In this document: positions 34,603 to 35,954 of the stretch, one piece after another | How the letters are laid out: each line of letters starts with the position of its first letter | Position numbering within the stretch: the first letter of the stretch is position 1 | IMG/VR virus record: IMGVR_UViG_3300037991_002725 | Span: 1 to 35,954 of that record | Reading direction: 5' to 3' (one strand) | Length of the DNA stretch: 35,954 nt | DNA from: a virus | Lineage: Duplodnaviria > Caudoviricetes | Notes under the pieces: generated by a model | What the model saw: the letters and a program-made list of their open reading frames with translations, nothing else | What the model was told of the DNA's origin: nothing | The model's database searches: none | Program-made: the position numbers and the translations under genes

Positions 34603-35073
34603 TTATTCCGAAGTTACCTCCGAAATTGTAGCGGTTAGACTCTCCATCGAACCATCCCAAGTTCCGTCTTTGGATAGTTTGACTGCTACGCCGTTCACGT
34701 TCTTTAGAACTGAAGAAGCCCAAGCAGACCCGTTAGGGAAGTGCTTGACTTTGCTCCTTTGGTTAGGTAGAAGTAATGCTCTAATAGCATCTCCACCATT
34801 ATCAAAGAGAGTAGCCATCTCATTCACAATTGCAGTTACATCGTTAACGATGGTTTGTGCTTCTGCGGGTAGAGTGTATCCTCTCTGTCCATATGGAGCA
34901 GTTGCGTAATCCCTTGCAATCTCACGGATTGTAGTGGAGATACGAACCTGTCGTGTAGGGTTTGCGTTACCCTTCTCAATCATTCTGCTGATAGTTGAAG
35001 CATCTGCTTCATCAACAGTCTTATCGCTCTTTAGCCATGCCAATGTTGTTCCTGAAAACTCTTTCCATTCCAT
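34603..35073 (-). CDS. Hypothetical protein, paralogue of 32284..32793
   Basis: Start re-set to MEWKEF behind AGGTGA. Confidence 0.85.
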   Translation of the reverse strand: MEWKEFSGTTLAWLKSDKTVDEADASTISRMIEKGNANPTRQVRISTTIREIARDYATAPYGQRGYTLPAEAQTIVNDVTAIVNEMATLFDNGGDAIRALLLPNQRSKVKHFPNGSAWASSVLKNVNGVAVKLSKDGTWDGSMESLTATISEVTSE

Positions 35074-35161
35074 CTTTATCACCTTTTCAAAATAATCGGA
35101 TTTTCTCAAACCCTTCTAAGCACTCTATGGGTCAGATGTTAGCCATATGGGGTCTTTCTGA

Positions 35162-35195
35162 CAAAGTATCCCAACCATATGGTAGTAACACTTTG
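35162..35195. repeat. Palindromic element between divergent genes
   Basis: ACAAAG-N7-ACCATATGGT-N7-CTTTGT. Confidence 0.9.
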
Positions 35196-35235
35196 TAGGA
35201 GACACCCCATATATCCTGTTTCGTGGGTAAGGGGT

Positions 35236-35418
35236 ATGACGGCACAGATAGTCGAGGGCAAGTTATATCCCTATGAGTTAGAAGTGGCTCACTCCAAGTC
35301 GGGACAAGACCACGTTCTAATCATCAAGAGCCTTAAGGTTCGTAGTGATGACTTACCAAGTGCGTTAGAGCAATTAGATTCAGCGTTGAAAGTATTCAAC
35401 ACTATTCTTAGACAATGA
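35236..35418 (+). CDS. 60-aa hypothetical protein
   Basis: Start MTAQIV; CCCCATATATCC box about 20 nt upstream; the longer ORF would start inside the palindrome. Confidence 0.75.
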   Translation: MTAQIVEGKLYPYELEVAHSKSGQDHVLIIKSLKVRSDDLPSALEQLDSALKVFNTILRQ

Positions 35419-35422
35419 TATT

Positions 35423-35450
35423 CCCATATGGGGCTGACGAACAAACTTTG
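35423..35450. repeat. Palindromic element, variant
   Basis: CCCATATGGG-N13-CTTTG, just after the stop at 35418. Confidence 0.55.
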
Positions 35451-35727
35451 AGTTAATGAGAAGAGTAAAACACAAGTGGAATGCGAGAACGGAAAGTTCT
35501 TCGGGCAAAAGGTTCAGTTATTCATGACACTGACTGGACAGTAAATCTTCGATGACCTTGAAAACTCATATAACTCATAGTCAATGTTCCGATGCCCCAT
35601 ATATTCTCAACGAGGCGAGACTACTGAAGACAAGGTGGTAGTCCTAAACCGTAACCGTGTTCCCTATATTTTGGAATAAAAGTCGGATAAGCCTCGACCC
35701 AATCTAAGGTTCTTTTGGGGATGCCGA

Positions 35728-35748
35728 CAAAGTGGCCTACCATATGGT
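35728..35748. repeat. Palindromic element (left arm plus core)
   Basis: CAAAG-tggcct-ACCATATGGT. Confidence 0.85.
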
Positions 35749-35954
35749 TGTTAGACACGCATTAGAAATAAAGTCGGCAGAGGGGTGAGCGTGGTGGTGC
35801 AGGGTACATATACCCTCAGAGGTGGATTTCATATTGTAGAATCCGACCCTTTCAGCGTAGTCACTACCTAATGTAATACTTAACGAACACTAGTTGTTCA
35901 TCACGAAAGGTTTGCTCCCTAAATATCACTATATTTTATCGGGTATCAAACAGG

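Larger units (their letters stand above)
1..35954. mobile_element. Segment of a tailed dsDNA virus genome, probably archaeal (Magrovirus-like)
   Basis: Terminase, portal, prohead protease, major capsid protein and adaptor are co-oriented and densely packed with ATGA overlaps. SD sites are GGTGA/GGAGG and no cellular housekeeping genes are present. Host assignment is inference. Confidence 0.9.

Noticed and set aside
35143-35150. Extra CCATATGG near the 35174 site
   Set aside because: It occupies the TATA-box position of the leftward promoter (GACCCCATATGG, compare CACCCCATATAT on the other arm), so it is not counted as an independent element.
30827-35748. Palindromic repeats as a CRISPR array
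   Set aside because: Spacing is 100-1650 bp and contains genes; the repeats are degenerate with variable internal spacers; no cas genes.
1-35954. tRNA, rRNA, integrase or reverse transcriptase genes
   Set aside because: No cloverleaf with T-loop consensus seen in intergenic gaps and no recombinase or RT motifs recognised by eye; tRNAscan-SE and HMM searches would be needed to exclude them formally.

Overview
A 36 kb segment of a tailed dsDNA virus (Caudoviricetes), most likely infecting a marine euryarchaeon (Magrovirus-like, Marine Group II/Poseidoniales host). The host is inferred from GGTGA/GGAGG Shine-Dalgarno sites, leaderless genes behind TATA-like boxes, a CPxCG microprotein and halovirus-type head genes; no database search was run. 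About 1-30.8 kb is one minus-strand morphogenesis region: probable small terminase, large terminase, LAGLIDADG protein, portal, a large ATP-dependent DNA ligase, prohead protease-scaffold, major capsid protein and head-tail adaptor. About 30.8-36 kb is an accessory/early-type region of short genes. Three things stand out. (1) A five-gene module downstream of the capsid genes: two membrane proteins, an Arf-like small GTPase, an adjacent protein with an ArfGAP-like zinc finger and arginine finger, and a Gln/Pro-rich protein with amphipathic ends. This is a candidate viral membrane-remodelling or egress system. (2) A short tag, M[ST]Wx[DE][IV]LK, at the N-terminus of about a dozen unrelated proteins. 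It resembles the C-terminus of the scaffold (MSWEDIHAL), suggesting a capsid-loading signal. (3) A palindrome, CAAAG-N-ACCATATGGT-N-CTTTG, that separates the accessory transcription units, with TATA-like boxes at their 5' ends and cUUCGg hairpins at their 3' ends. All functional calls are by motif recognition only.
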